Translations under genes and position numbers: made by a program | Part shown: positions 49,794-59,961 of the stretch, piece by piece | Numbering within the stretch: the first letter of the stretch is position 1 | Layout: each line of letters opens with the position of its first letter | DNA from: a virus | DNA: 64,000 nucleotides | Virus record (IMG/VR): IMGVR_UViG_3300035661_000011 | Location: 64,001-128,000 of that record | Strand: one strand, 5' to 3' | Notes under the pieces: model-generated | What the model was told of the DNA's origin: nothing | Databases searched by the model: none | The model's input: only the letters and a program-made list of their open reading frames with translations

Positions 49794-49829
49794 ACAATGA
49801 CACTGCCAGTTAACTGGCAGTGTCATTGT
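49794..49829. terminator. 36-bp perfect palindrome
   Basis: ACAATGACACTGCCAGTT|AACTGGCAGTGTCATTGT then AGTTTTT. Confidence 0.75.
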
Positions 49830-49883
49830 AGTTTTTATTTATAGGTGTCAACGATAGTGTATACTACAAAAATAGGAACTGAT

Positions 49884-52355
49884 ATGTCACACTCAATGGT
49901 AATTGATTCAATCTACTTAAAAGGTTATAAACCTTTAGTGTTGAATAATGTAAACTCTATACAAATTGCTTTTAAATCAGTGTTAACTTTAATCTTAGGA
50001 ACTAACGGTTGTGGTAAATCTTTTTTACTGAAAGAGTTAACGCCTCTACCAGCAACGCCAGTTATGTTTATGGATAAAGGTGAAAAACATATACACATTA
50101 GTTACGGCGGAAATAGTTATGTTTTATCATCATACGTTGGTAAAAGTGCTAAGCACACATTTGTAAAAAATGGAGAAGTGTTACATTCTTTAGCTACTAC
50201 ACGTGTACATACTCAACGGGTAATTGAAGAATTTAACTACACCAATAACATTCATAAATTGTTAATTGGAGATATGATGTTTACGCAGATGTCTCCACAG
50301 GAACGTAAAGATATATTAACGTTGATAAACCCATTATCGTTAAACTACGCCTTAGCGTTCCACGATGATTTAAAAGAACAAATTAGGGATACCAAAGTGA
50401 TACTGAAACATATCACTATCAAAAACGCAAGTGCTAAAACTAAATTAAAAGAATTAGATTTACCAGATAATTTAACAGAAGTGAAATCTGATATTGAATC
50501 AGAAATTAGCGATATGTTACCATTCTCAGTAATTGATGTTAAACGAGAAGGCGGTATGCCATTATCTGAAATGCTATATCAAGCAGACCAATATAGAAAA
50601 CAGTTTGCTAAAAAATACGACAATAGAAGAGTGCCAGTTGAAAACATTAATTCAATTGAAGACTTACGTGACTATATCGATTCTTTAGATAAAGATTTAG
50701 CCGTTACACAATCTGAAATAAACACTTTAGCGAATGAACTATATTCTTTAAATGAAGTAAGTGCTGAGTTAGCAAACAGTGAAATGTCGAAAGTTGAGTT
50801 AGAAACTAAAGTTAAACATTTTACATTCGAATTAAAACACGACTACCAAATTGCTGCTCTACACTTCAATGACCATCTAAGGCTCATCAGTGGGTTAGAA
50901 CACATAGAAACCTCCTTAAACGAGATGTACGGATGGATACCAGATGAATATATCAGTGTGGAAGACCGTCCGACTATCCGTACGAGACACACCAATGTAA
51001 TTTCTAACAATTCACATCTGTTAAAAAAACTAGATGGGTTAACTGAAAAGCTAGGACATTACAATGACCCAGACTTAATGGTAGGTTGCCCTAAATGTGA
51101 TTTTGTATTTAGTAAATCAGGTGAAGATGTAGAGGTGATTAAATCTCGTCTTAAAAGACAAATACAGGAGACAGAATTTAAGTTAAAGGAATTTCCTGAA
51201 TTAATAGAAACGTACAGTGTGTTGGTTGAACGTATTTCAATTATAGAAAACGCTGAACAACTGTTACTTAAGTTAAAGCGTAGTACCCATGAATGTTTCA
51301 ATTTTTGGACTATGTTTAATGACGATAGCGATATCTTATTTAAGCGTGACATTACCATTGGTAAACTACACGGCTATATCTTAGATGTAAAATACTCGTA
51401 TGAAAAATCATGTATAGAGACTGAGTTAGAGCAGTGTAATAAAGTGTTGAAGTTGTACGACTTACATGGAAATAAAGCTAGTATACGTATATGTGCATTA
51501 ACTAACACACTCGAAGTAAAACGTAAACATCTTTCTAAAATACAAAATCAATTACACGAGTGTAAAAGTTTACACAAATACATTGGGTATTTTCAAAACA
51601 TTTCTAAATCATACGACGAATTACAAGTCGCTATTAAAGCTAACGTATTAGACACAATAGACCGTTCTATTAAGAATAAATCATCAAGGAGATTAAGTTC
51701 GCTATACGGTAAACTAGGTGAGTTAAATGAATCTGCAAATATGTTAAATCATTTAACATCAGCTATTGAAGAATTGGATGTAGAACAACATCAGTTAAGT
51801 GAAAAACTTAAAAGTTTACTCACGGCAGAAGAACTAATCTCTCCAAATAAAGGTTTTATTGCATCTCAGATGAAAGGTTTTATTACCAATTATATTTCCA
51901 GAATCAATAAAGTATCGAATCAGGTGTGGACGTATCAGTTAGAGTTATCCCCTTGTTCTTTAAATAATGGTGTTTTAAACTATGTTTTTCCATTAAGTGT
52001 TAAAGGTACTATAGTGCCAGATATTGTAGAGACTTCTAAGAGTCAGGAGGAAATGGTTAACCTATCGTTCACTATGGTAATGCGAGATTTCTTAAACCTT
52101 GGTCAGTATCCATTGTACTTTGATGAAACCGGAGCTAAATTCGATGACACCCATAGACACAACCTTATAAACTATATGAAATCACTTATTGCTTCGGGTA
52201 AGTGTAGTCAAATGTTTTTTATTAACCATTACGATAGTGTTTTCAGCGCATTCAGAAACACTAATACGGTTGTATTAGATGCTGCTAATGTAACAGTGTC
52301 ACAACCATATAACCAGAATGTAACATTTAATGAGGAGTACAACCCTCAGTATTAG
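49884..52355 (+). CDS. sbcC: SbcC/Rad50-like SMC ATPase (phiKZ gp165-like)
   Basis: Walker A GTNGCGKS, zinc hook CPKC within coiled coil, LYFDE Walker B, INH; start reassigned to ATG 49884. Confidence 0.85.
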   Translation: MSHSMVIDSIYLKGYKPLVLNNVNSIQIAFKSVLTLILGTNGCGKSFLLKELTPLPATPVMFMDKGEKHIHISYGGNSYVLSSYVGKSAKHTFVKNGEVLHSLATTRVHTQRVIEEFNYTNNIHKLLIGDMMFTQMSPQERKDILTLINPLSLNYALAFHDDLKEQIRDTKVILKHITIKNASAKTKLKELDLPDNLTEVKSDIESEISDMLPFSVIDVKREGGMPLSEMLYQADQYRKQFAKKYDNRRVPVENINSIEDLRDYIDSLDKDLAVTQSEINTLANELYSLNEVSAELANSEMSKVELETKVKHFTFELKHDYQIAALHFNDHLRLISGLEHIETSLNEMYGWIPDEYISVEDRPTIRTRHTNVISNNSHLLKKLDGLTEKLGHYNDPDLMVGCPKCDFVFSKSGEDVEVIKSRLKRQIQETEFKLKEFPELIETYSVLVERISIIENAEQLLLKLKRSTHECFNFWTMFNDDSDILFKRDITIGKLHGYILDVKYSYEKSCIETELEQCNKVLKLYDLHGNKASIRICALTNTLEVKRKHLSKIQNQLHECKSLHKYIGYFQNISKSYDELQVAIKANVLDTIDRSIKNKSSRRLSSLYGKLGELNESANMLNHLTSAIEELDVEQHQLSEKLKSLLTAEELISPNKGFIASQMKGFITNYISRINKVSNQVWTYQLELSPCSLNNGVLNYVFPLSVKGTIVPDIVETSKSQEEMVNLSFTMVMRDFLNLGQYPLYFDETGAKFDDTHRHNLINYMKSLIASGKCSQMFFINHYDSVFSAFRNTNTVVLDAANVTVSQPYNQNVTFNEEYNPQY

Positions 52356-52365
52356 GAGAGAGTTT

Positions 52366-52617
52366 ATGTCAGATACACAAGACAAAATACCACTTAGTTC
52401 GTGGCTTAAAGTAGCAGTTAACGTAGTTATTTCTAGTGTATACATAGTGGTGTTATTAGCACTAGTGTGGATTTGTGGTGAATACTTTTACTATAAACTC
52501 ACATCGTATCAGATTACACTGAGTCCAGTTACTTTAGTGCTACTCTGTGTACTGTGCTATGTGTACGGTTATTTACACCATAAAGCTAAAGTAGCAGCTT
52601 TACAGGAGGATGCATGA
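52366..52617 (+). CDS. Small two-TM membrane protein
   Basis: ATG 52366 with AGGAG SD; two hydrophobic segments. Confidence 0.6.
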   Translation: MSDTQDKIPLSSWLKVAVNVVISSVYIVVLLALVWICGEYFYYKLTSYQITLSPVTLVLLCVLCYVYGYLHHKAKVAALQEDA

Positions 52618-53510
52618 ATGTAGAAGATGAGCTAGAGATGCTAAAAAGAGCAGTTGGGAAACTGACGGAACAATTAGCATCTCACCATGATAGATTAGAA
52701 GCTCAAGAAAACCCATCTACCGCATTAAAGTTTATAGGTGTGGGTACAGTTGTAAGTGATAAAAACGATGGGTCTAAAAACCTCATGGTACATTTACAAG
52801 AAGACTTTCCAACTGTGGAGGGGGAAATTTCTCCTCTACATCAATCTACAGAATATGTCGGTAAAGATTTACATGGAAACGAATATAAACACACTCTACA
52901 ACATAACACGTCAGTTAAGTGTATTTGGAAAGAAGTACCTAATAGATTAACTGCACCGGACATTCGTCAAGGTGAACAAGTTGAAGTTTATCAGGCTGGT
53001 GATGGCGATAAGTTTTATTGGTCTGAGATGGGTAGACAGAAAGGTTTACGTAGAGCAGAAAGAGTGTGCTATGCATTTAATGCTAGTGGTGCCGATACTA
53101 GTAAAGATGAACCTATAATCCCACATAACCAGTATACAGTTGATGTAAACCCAAAAGGTGGAAACATAACGGTTTCCACCTCAAAAGACAACGGTGAACA
53201 CTGTAAGTATACTACGCAAATGGATGGTAAGGAAGGACATTGGTTAATTGAAGATGATTTAGGTAACCATTTCAGTATTGATAGTAAGTTAGCCAATATA
53301 CTTTTTCAGACGGCTAAGGGCGGTTTGATATCTGCTGTTGGAAAAGACGTAGTTTTAAAAGGGGGGACTTTACATTTAGATTTTGAAAGGATTGTGTTAA
53401 ATGGTGTAACTGAAGTCACAAAAGAGCTTACGACAAAAGGCGTTAAAAATAGTGGAGATATTAAAACTGATACACTTGGTAGTATACCTCTAGGTAATTA
53501 TAAACATTAA
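52614..53510 (+). CDS. Baseplate spike/puncturing protein, phiKZ gp164-like
   Basis: W...PNRLTAPDIRQGEQVEVYQ.GD.DKFYW, TSKDNGE, DDLGN motifs. Confidence 0.75.
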   Translation: MNVEDELEMLKRAVGKLTEQLASHHDRLEAQENPSTALKFIGVGTVVSDKNDGSKNLMVHLQEDFPTVEGEISPLHQSTEYVGKDLHGNEYKHTLQHNTSVKCIWKEVPNRLTAPDIRQGEQVEVYQAGDGDKFYWSEMGRQKGLRRAERVCYAFNASGADTSKDEPIIPHNQYTVDVNPKGGNITVSTSKDNGEHCKYTTQMDGKEGHWLIEDDLGNHFSIDSKLANILFQTAKGGLISAVGKDVVLKGGTLHLDFERIVLNGVTEVTKELTTKGVKNSGDIKTDTLGSIPLGNYKH

Positions 53511-53512
53511 CT

Positions 53513-53550
53513 GTATGTCCACTGTGTAGTTAACTACACAGTGGACATAC
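53513..53550. terminator. 38-bp perfect palindrome
   Basis: GTATGTCCACTGTGTAGTT|AACTACACAGTGGACATAC; a second small hairpin at 53568-53587. Confidence 0.75.
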
Positions 53551-53621
53551 TAGCCGCTATCATTTGTGGCAGAATTATCATTCTGCCGTCTATTTACGTA
53601 TAACGTCATTGGGGTAAATTC

Positions 53622-54137
53622 ATGACAACAAAAGAAGACCAAATACATCGTGTAGAAGATTTACAAAATAACCTATTGGCGGCTAATCCAGAATTAAGTA
53701 AAATTTCTAACTTTAAATACACAGCAAAATCTGCTCCACCACCTGGGTTTAATGGAACTAAAATATTTGTAGGTGGCACTGTGTCAGCTATAGATTGGCA
53801 TACGCATATCTTAGACGGTATAGCTGTACCATATTTTGATTCGTTATCATCAACTGATATCACCGAGATAACTAGACAGAAGGACATATTGTGTAATATA
53901 CACCTTTACTGTATAACTTGTGAGGTAACTTGGATTAATGTATTAGATATGATATCTAGTGCATACACTAAAGGTAAAATAACAATTATTCAGGTAGTTC
54001 CAGATGGGTTTACACCTCTGGAGTTAATTGAGATTAAAGCCGTGTTAGATAGGTTAGCGATAGTGGGCGGAATTGGTTACGTTGATAGTGATTTATCGCG
54101 TGCTGTTCAGGTGGTCAATCTGTGCTTTAAGAAATAG
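53622..54137 (+). CDS. Nucleoside 2-deoxyribosyltransferase-like protein (degenerate)
   Basis: KIFVGGT...W...PYFD...RQK..C..HLYCIT pattern of the KVFLGGT...YFNP...LYVIT family. Confidence 0.55.
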   Translation: MTTKEDQIHRVEDLQNNLLAANPELSKISNFKYTAKSAPPPGFNGTKIFVGGTVSAIDWHTHILDGIAVPYFDSLSSTDITEITRQKDILCNIHLYCITCEVTWINVLDMISSAYTKGKITIIQVVPDGFTPLELIEIKAVLDRLAIVGGIGYVDSDLSRAVQVVNLCFKK

Positions 54138-54155
54138 GATATTCATTAAAATTTA

Positions 54156-54170
54156 AGACTTATATCATCT
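54156..54170 (+). promoter_or_regulatory. Putative early promoter motif, copy 7
   Basis: AGACTTATATCATCT. Confidence 0.65.
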
Positions 54171-54222
54171 TTATGGTAAAGTATTTCACTTTACTAATTT
54201 CAATAACCCTAGAGGTAACTAT

Positions 54223-55014
54223 ATGCCAAACGTTTTCACTATCCCTAACTCAGCTGATGAAATTCAAACACTTCGTACTGAAAGCAACGTGTATGTTAAA
54301 CTGGATGTTTCCTTTCGTGAACAGGTAAAGTTGTTTAGCACTGCAAACGATATTGTTTTGACTGATGCCGATATTGGATTCAGTTTTATTCTATTAGATT
54401 GGGCTTTAACGTGTCGTGTTGTAGGTCGTCATCAGCGGGGTGTGTTCTCAGATGTAAGTGGTTACGTTACAGATTCTGGTGTAAAGGTGGCAGTGCTTCC
54501 AGAACATAAACTCAACGAAGATGACATACAACGACTCAGAGAGTATGCTTCTAACCTATCAGTAACATTACCCGAACCCCCTCCAGTTTCAAAATTATTA
54601 AACACCGCTGTGTTAGACGCAACGTATAACGCTTCTAAGAAGTTTTATACTGAATGCGCCATAGTAGCTGCACAGTTGGTTGACGAACTAAATACAATGT
54701 CTGAATTTAATGACCTGGTGTACATTAATGACGAAGGTGAAATTGTGCCCACTGGGTATTCTTGTGATTCTGAGTTCTCACCACTAGTAACAATTTCTCG
54801 CCAGTGGATGGCGGGTAACAAAGTTTTAGTGTGCGCTCAGGAGTTAGATATTGAGTTGTTTAACAACACCGTTGACTTACGCGAATGGTTAGTTGGTTTA
54901 AATGAAAACGTACAATATGCGGAATGGATTCACACTGCCATCGCAACTCGTCTTAAAAAGGTTGAGAAGCAGCGTTTAATTGATTCTGGTCTTGAACCAG
55001 ATGATTTCTTTTAG
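54223..55014 (+). CDS. Hypothetical early protein (N-terminal copy of the expanded domain)
   Basis: 263 aa, GAGG SD; VKLDVSFREQVKL...FILLD...LNEDDIQRLREY. Confidence 0.65.
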   Translation: MPNVFTIPNSADEIQTLRTESNVYVKLDVSFREQVKLFSTANDIVLTDADIGFSFILLDWALTCRVVGRHQRGVFSDVSGYVTDSGVKVAVLPEHKLNEDDIQRLREYASNLSVTLPEPPPVSKLLNTAVLDATYNASKKFYTECAIVAAQLVDELNTMSEFNDLVYINDEGEIVPTGYSCDSEFSPLVTISRQWMAGNKVLVCAQELDIELFNNTVDLREWLVGLNENVQYAEWIHTAIATRLKKVEKQRLIDSGLEPDDFF

Positions 55015-55027
55015 GTCTATGTAATAG

Positions 55028-55061
55028 GTAGGTACGAGACACATATGTGTCTCGTACCTAC
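55028..55061. terminator. 34-bp perfect palindrome
   Basis: GTAGGTACGAGACACAT|ATGTGTCTCGTACCTAC. Confidence 0.75.
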
Positions 55062-55121
55062 ATTTACTAATGTTTTTTTTTCATTGCCGTTTGCAATTTA
55101 TATATGTAACGGAGGTGTGTA

Positions 55122-55514
55122 GTGAAAGTTATAATTGCAGGCGGTAGAAACTTTACAGATTATAGGACACTTTGTATAGCCGTTAAACTAAGTGGTTTTG
55201 ATAACGACTATAACATCACCGAAGTGGTATCTGGTAAAGCAAGAGGGGCTGATACAATTGGTGAAATTTATGCCACTCTATTCGATATACACATAGAGCC
55301 ATTTCCAGCAGATTGGGGTGGGCCAAATAAGAAAGCGGCTGGGTTTATTCGTAATCAGCAAATGGCAGACTATTGTGAACCAGAGGTAGATGGTTTAATA
55401 GCTATGTGGGACGGTGAATCTCGAGGTACACTAGATATGATAACTAGAGCAAAGAAACGCAAGTTAAAAGTTTTCATATACAATTACGTAGAACGTAAAC
55501 CCATAACTCTTTAA
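55122..55514 (+). CDS. SLOG-family (YspA-like) protein
   Basis: KVIIAGGRNF, VVSGKARGAD, FPADW...AAGFIRNQQMA, WDGESRGT.DMI. Confidence 0.85.
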   Translation: MKVIIAGGRNFTDYRTLCIAVKLSGFDNDYNITEVVSGKARGADTIGEIYATLFDIHIEPFPADWGGPNKKAAGFIRNQQMADYCEPEVDGLIAMWDGESRGTLDMITRAKKRKLKVFIYNYVERKPITL

Positions 55515-55520
55515 ACAAAC

Positions 55521-55535
55521 AGACGTATATTATCT
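55521..55535 (+). promoter_or_regulatory. Putative early promoter motif, copy 8
   Basis: AGACGTATATTATCT. Confidence 0.7.
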
Positions 55536-55595
55536 ATGTGGTAAAGTGAATCACTTTGCTAACATTTAATAAATTAAAACAATTAGAGAATTATC

Positions 55596-57272
55596 ATGGC
55601 AAACGTTGTTAAATTACACCCTGAAGAAATAGTGTCTTTAAAGCTAAGATTTGAAGGTATAGCTGAAACCCTTAATCTTGGGGATATCGTTGTTTTTGTC
55701 AAAGAAGAAGATGTACGTGTTGAGTTAGTTGGCCCCGGTAATCCGTTTATCATTTTAGAAAATCGGAAACTCGGGTTCATTGTACCAATGTTTTTCGATC
55801 ATTCAAACTGTGATACGTTTGAAACTGTAAGATTATCCAACACTTACAGCTGGATATCAGAGTGTAGAATCGATGAACAGAGCGCAGTAATGTTAACCGC
55901 CTACATAGGTAGACGATCTACCCGGTCATTCAATGTGGAATTTTATACAGGTGACGATTTGTATGAGGATATGGTCACATTTGTAAACACGTTACGGTGG
56001 CTACACGAAAGTGATTTTTACAAAAGTCAAAATATTCACCACTGTTACCATCGGGATGAGGCAATGCCTCTACTGGATAAAAATAAACCCATTGATATAA
56101 AAGGGGTTTTACTTAAACAAAAAGCAAAGCGGGACAAATTTAAACACGCAACTACGTTAAACGATAAAACAATTGTCATTCCAAAACACTGGGTGATGGA
56201 ATTGCGATTAATGCTAGTACAGGACATTAACTTAGATGATATAGATATCCACTACATCGGTGGACCTAGTAAACAAAAACCTGTATTGGAAAACAATTTA
56301 TGTATTCCAGACTGGCATGACCTTAAAGTGTTTGAAACTGCCGCTGATATAAACTTAACTGACGCAGATAATAACCACGATTTTATTATTTTAGAAAGCG
56401 GATGTGTTGGGTTTGCATTTCTTAACGGTGCAGGTGTTATTAGCTATGTGGTTGGCGATGGGGACATAGATACCGTTCTATGTGACATTAGTGTAGGACG
56501 TCTGAAATGTTTTTTAGAGCTGTACAAATATATGAATGGTGCTAACGGTGCCGAAAACAACTCATTTCATTTAGACCCAGATTTGTTACGTAAGTTACAA
56601 CTCAGAACCGTTGGGTTACCAAACTGTGATATTGGAGAACTTTATTTATACGATACATACTGCCAAGTTGATGTATTTTGGGACATAAATAGCATATCTT
56701 ATACAACTAAGTCTATTCCAGACGTATTTATCACAATGTGCGATATGGTTGTTTGGGAAAGAAAAGGTCTATTTTCTGCACACCGTACAACAACCAGTAG
56801 AATTGTCACTGTTAACACACTTGAACAAATCAAAAGTTATGCTACCACCGCAGGTAAGTCTCTGGATCCCGAATCACAAAGTAAACTGTACGGTTGTATT
56901 TATTCTATCGCGGTATGTAGCGAACCTAGACATTATGTTCTTTCAGAAGAAGTGTTAGATGAACTTAAGCTCCAAGTTTTAGATCCGCAATATATACACT
57001 CTGTAGGCGGTTCTGTTAAAGTGTATCCTAATTTAGGTGACGTAACGGAAGCCGAGTTACACAAACCGTTTATCAGCCTAGATTCATGTAGTGTTAATGT
57101 AGCGTTAACCGATGAGGAAAATTCTGAGTTAAAAGAGGTGATGGGAGATAGAGTGGTGGTGTACCCATTGGACAAAGGAAGTTTTACATCTAGTCCAGAC
57201 TGGGTATTGGATGAAGAAAGTAAATTGCGACTGAACGAATATCTGGCGCGACCAGACGTAAAGTTAGTTTAA
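55596..57272 (+). CDS. Hypothetical early protein with about four tandem copies of an unknown domain
   Basis: Recurring L..(E/D)...L(K/Q/R)L, FI(I/S)L(E/D) and (L/I)D.(E/Q)S...L..Y motifs. Confidence 0.7.
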   Translation: MANVVKLHPEEIVSLKLRFEGIAETLNLGDIVVFVKEEDVRVELVGPGNPFIILENRKLGFIVPMFFDHSNCDTFETVRLSNTYSWISECRIDEQSAVMLTAYIGRRSTRSFNVEFYTGDDLYEDMVTFVNTLRWLHESDFYKSQNIHHCYHRDEAMPLLDKNKPIDIKGVLLKQKAKRDKFKHATTLNDKTIVIPKHWVMELRLMLVQDINLDDIDIHYIGGPSKQKPVLENNLCIPDWHDLKVFETAADINLTDADNNHDFIILESGCVGFAFLNGAGVISYVVGDGDIDTVLCDISVGRLKCFLELYKYMNGANGAENNSFHLDPDLLRKLQLRTVGLPNCDIGELYLYDTYCQVDVFWDINSISYTTKSIPDVFITMCDMVVWERKGLFSAHRTTTSRIVTVNTLEQIKSYATTAGKSLDPESQSKLYGCIYSIAVCSEPRHYVLSEEVLDELKLQVLDPQYIHSVGGSVKVYPNLGDVTEAELHKPFISLDSCSVNVALTDEENSELKEVMGDRVVVYPLDKGSFTSSPDWVLDEESKLRLNEYLARPDVKLV

Positions 57273-57281
57273 TGATGTTAC

Positions 57282-57311
57282 AGTGGAGTTACACCTAGGT
57301 GTAACTCCACT
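57282..57311. terminator. 30-bp perfect palindrome
   Basis: AGTGGAGTTACACCT|AGGTGTAACTCCACT. Confidence 0.7.
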
Positions 57312-57327
57312 TATTAAGTGAGGTAAT

Positions 57328-57570
57328 ATGAAATCTTTAAATCATAAATGGCGAATTAGTAACAGTTTTAAAAGAAAGTTGGATAGGAGTAGAGTTTCCA
57401 AATTGTACATCCGACATCCTAAATTAGAACGGTTTAGAAACAACGACAATCCACATAAACGAATACCTTTTAGATTTGGTAAAGGCTCATACCTGAGGCT
57501 GCCAATTTCTACAAATGTAAAGTTTGTCGGTTGGTGCCTATTAAATTTAACACTAACTCGGAAGGAATAA
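57328..57570 (+). CDS. Small basic protein
   Basis: 80 aa, GAGG SD, K/R-rich. Confidence 0.5.
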   Translation: MKSLNHKWRISNSFKRKLDRSRVSKLYIRHPKLERFRNNDNPHKRIPFRFGKGSYLRLPISTNVKFVGWCLLNLTLTRKE

Positions 57571-57574
57571 TAAC

Positions 57575-57760
57575 GTGCAATACAAAAGTATTAAACGTCG
57601 GGTTAAGAAACAATGGTTTGACATTATTAAAGGATGTGTTCCAAAGATTCAATTTAATAAACGCGCTGGATTTAAAAAGATTGTTTACACTGAATTTGCT
57701 AAAATTTACGGCACGGCGGAAGAAATTAACGACCGATTTAAATTGGTAATATCTGGGTAA
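57575..57760 (+). CDS. Small basic protein
   Basis: 61 aa, GTG start with AAGGA SD. Confidence 0.45.
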   Translation: MQYKSIKRRVKKQWFDIIKGCVPKIQFNKRAGFKKIVYTEFAKIYGTAEEINDRFKLVISG

Positions 57761-57797
57761 ATATAGTATAGTTTTATATAAAACTCATCATTTAGTT

Positions 57798-57812
57798 AAA
57801 CATATATTATCT
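57798..57812 (+). promoter_or_regulatory. Putative early promoter motif, copy 9
   Basis: AAACATATATTATCT exact. Confidence 0.75.
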
Positions 57813-57862
57813 AGGGGATGTAGCGCGTTCTACATCTTTTATTTAAACAAGAGGAACTTACC

Positions 57863-58072
57863 GTGGAATTAAATTCAAAAGTAGTACCAATGAATACCGT
57901 AGTATCTGAATTGCGTAAACTAGCAAAAGCTGGTGTACTAACCACCACAATTACATTACACCCTGAAAATATCAATGTTGTAACTTTACACACTGTATCT
58001 GATGACACCGGCTCAGGTTCTATTTCAGACAAACCAGATAGGAGTTTAGTAGGGTTATTACACGACATGTAA
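57863..58072 (+). CDS. Small hypothetical protein
   Basis: 69 aa, GTG start with GAGGA SD. Confidence 0.5.
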   Translation: MELNSKVVPMNTVVSELRKLAKAGVLTTTITLHPENINVVTLHTVSDDTGSGSISDKPDRSLVGLLHDM

Positions 58073-58148
58073 TCTATAGTTTTACACTGTGTCAATTATG
58101 GCAAAGTGTCTTAATAAACAACAACTTTATTTCAATTGGAGAAACATT

Positions 58149-59018
58149 ATGCAAAATCAAAATCAAAATACCCAACCTATGAATAATGATGAGTATAAGA
58201 TTGCTTCTGAGTCAGGTAAGACTATGACTAGTCGTATTCTTGGAACTAAACACTCAACTAACAGTTTGTTTGGGAGAGTTCAAAATGAACATATTCTGGC
58301 TACACAAAGTGCACCATGTGGACCACTATCACCTAGACAAGAATTCGGTGAAAGTCTTCATAGACACGCTGTTTTAAAACACTTCTACAATCACCCATCA
58401 TCAGTGCTACTTAACGGTCAATCCAAAAACTCAGTTCTGGATTGGGCACTAAATGTCGTCGGTGATTACAACGAACGTTACATACTTGATCGTGCTAACG
58501 ATGTGCTATTTAATACCCTTAAATCCCCAGCACAAAAACGATATTACACCACTATGTGTACTTTGCGTGAGTCTATTTTGATTGACGAAAATTTACGCGG
58601 CAGTGTACCTGAATGGGCAGAATATGTGTACTCTATGGCAATGCAAATACGCGGGCATTATTTACCAGCCGCCCTCATAACCCACATTTGTGACCTATAC
58701 CGTTTATCGTTCGTTATTTATGCCGACGGTAGCCATTATTATAATGCTTCTCGTACTGTGGCGTTAGGCGACAAACTATCATATTCAGATCGTGTATCGT
58801 GGAGAATGTATCGAAAGGCATTAAAACAAATTGTACACTTGTTGGGAACACGTCCCTTTTGTAGTTCATCCATTGACCAAAATAAAGTGTTCCACGTGTT
58901 ACGTCATCATCCATATAAAATTCTCAAACTACTAACTGTTCCAATTCGCAATGTAAATGAGTTAAATAAACGCACGCAAAATATTAACACCCTTTTATTA
59001 GCGTTACAGAAAGTGTAA
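58149..59018 (+). CDS. Hypothetical protein
   Basis: ATG 58149 with GGAG SD. Confidence 0.65.
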   Translation: MQNQNQNTQPMNNDEYKIASESGKTMTSRILGTKHSTNSLFGRVQNEHILATQSAPCGPLSPRQEFGESLHRHAVLKHFYNHPSSVLLNGQSKNSVLDWALNVVGDYNERYILDRANDVLFNTLKSPAQKRYYTTMCTLRESILIDENLRGSVPEWAEYVYSMAMQIRGHYLPAALITHICDLYRLSFVIYADGSHYYNASRTVALGDKLSYSDRVSWRMYRKALKQIVHLLGTRPFCSSSIDQNKVFHVLRHHPYKILKLLTVPIRNVNELNKRTQNINTLLLALQKV

Positions 59019-59035
59019 ATCTTACACCATCGTTT

Positions 59036-59067
59036 GTGTACACCCAGGATTAATCCTGGGTGTACAC
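59036..59067. terminator. 32-bp perfect palindrome between convergent genes
   Basis: GTGTACACCCAGGATT|AATCCTGGGTGTACAC then TATTATTTTTTTT. Confidence 0.75.
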
Positions 59068-59079
59068 TATTATTTTTTT

Positions 59080-59904
59080 TTACCCTAACTGTTTTTTTAT
59101 TTTCTTTAACGTTTCATCTTGTGCATTCTCTGCCACTTTAACTAAATGTATAGTTGTAGCTAACAACTCAAGTTCCTTAGCAGCTTGCCAAGTTAAAGCA
59201 GAGATTAACTCTGTCTTTTCTACAGGTAGTGAATCCATGTGATTTTCAATTCCTTTAAACTCAGTTAAGCGTTTAATGTTCTTAGCTAAGTCTGTAGATT
59301 TCTGATACAAGTTTCCTTCTAATAGCTTGTAACACATTCCAGTTAAATCTTCTATCAGATTATTTACTTTCTTTAATGTAGTAACATCTCTAAATATATC
59401 TTCATAACGTCTTTCTGCAAGACCTGTACCTGGTGAACTATTAAAAAATACTTTTAACGATTTGTTGTTATCCTCAACAGTTTTATTAAAAGCTGGAAGT
59501 ATCCAAACTTTCTCACCATACCCAGGTGTGGTGGCCATATTTAAAGCCCATACATTTAATGGCGTAAGTAATCGAACATCTATATCTTTTAATGAAGTTA
59601 AGATATAGTGTAGGTGCTCCAGGTACTTAACGTAATCTTTACTTATGTACTCTGGCGTATAGATTGTGAAGTGTTCTAACTCAGTGCGTTTTAAGGTCGA
59701 TAATATCTTAACCGCTACATCTGTATCGGATTTTAATAATCCAACCGGTAGCACCTTTGTGCTAAGCATACTGGCTAAGTTAGAAACATATCCACTAAGG
59801 TAATTAGACATACCCTGTATATTAAGTCCTTCCAAACCTATCTCTTCTGGAAGTTCAAATTGTTGTGGGACTGGTGGAAAAAAATTAATTGTTGGCGTGT
59901 CCAT
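59080..59904 (-). CDS. Virion head protein, phiKZ gp153-like
   Basis: N-terminal IGLE candidate cleavage site; AAKELELLA; divergent from uvsX. Confidence 0.6.
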   Translation of the reverse strand: MDTPTINFFPPVPQQFELPEEIGLEGLNIQGMSNYLSGYVSNLASMLSTKVLPVGLLKSDTDVAVKILSTLKRTELEHFTIYTPEYISKDYVKYLEHLHYILTSLKDIDVRLLTPLNVWALNMATTPGYGEKVWILPAFNKTVEDNNKSLKVFFNSSPGTGLAERRYEDIFRDVTTLKKVNNLIEDLTGMCYKLLEGNLYQKSTDLAKNIKRLTEFKGIENHMDSLPVEKTELISALTWQAAKELELLATTIHLVKVAENAQDETLKKIKKQLG

Positions 59905-59961
59905 TGTGTGCTCTCATGCAAGTGGTAATGAATTTAGTAACATAATAATAAAGGCGGAAAT

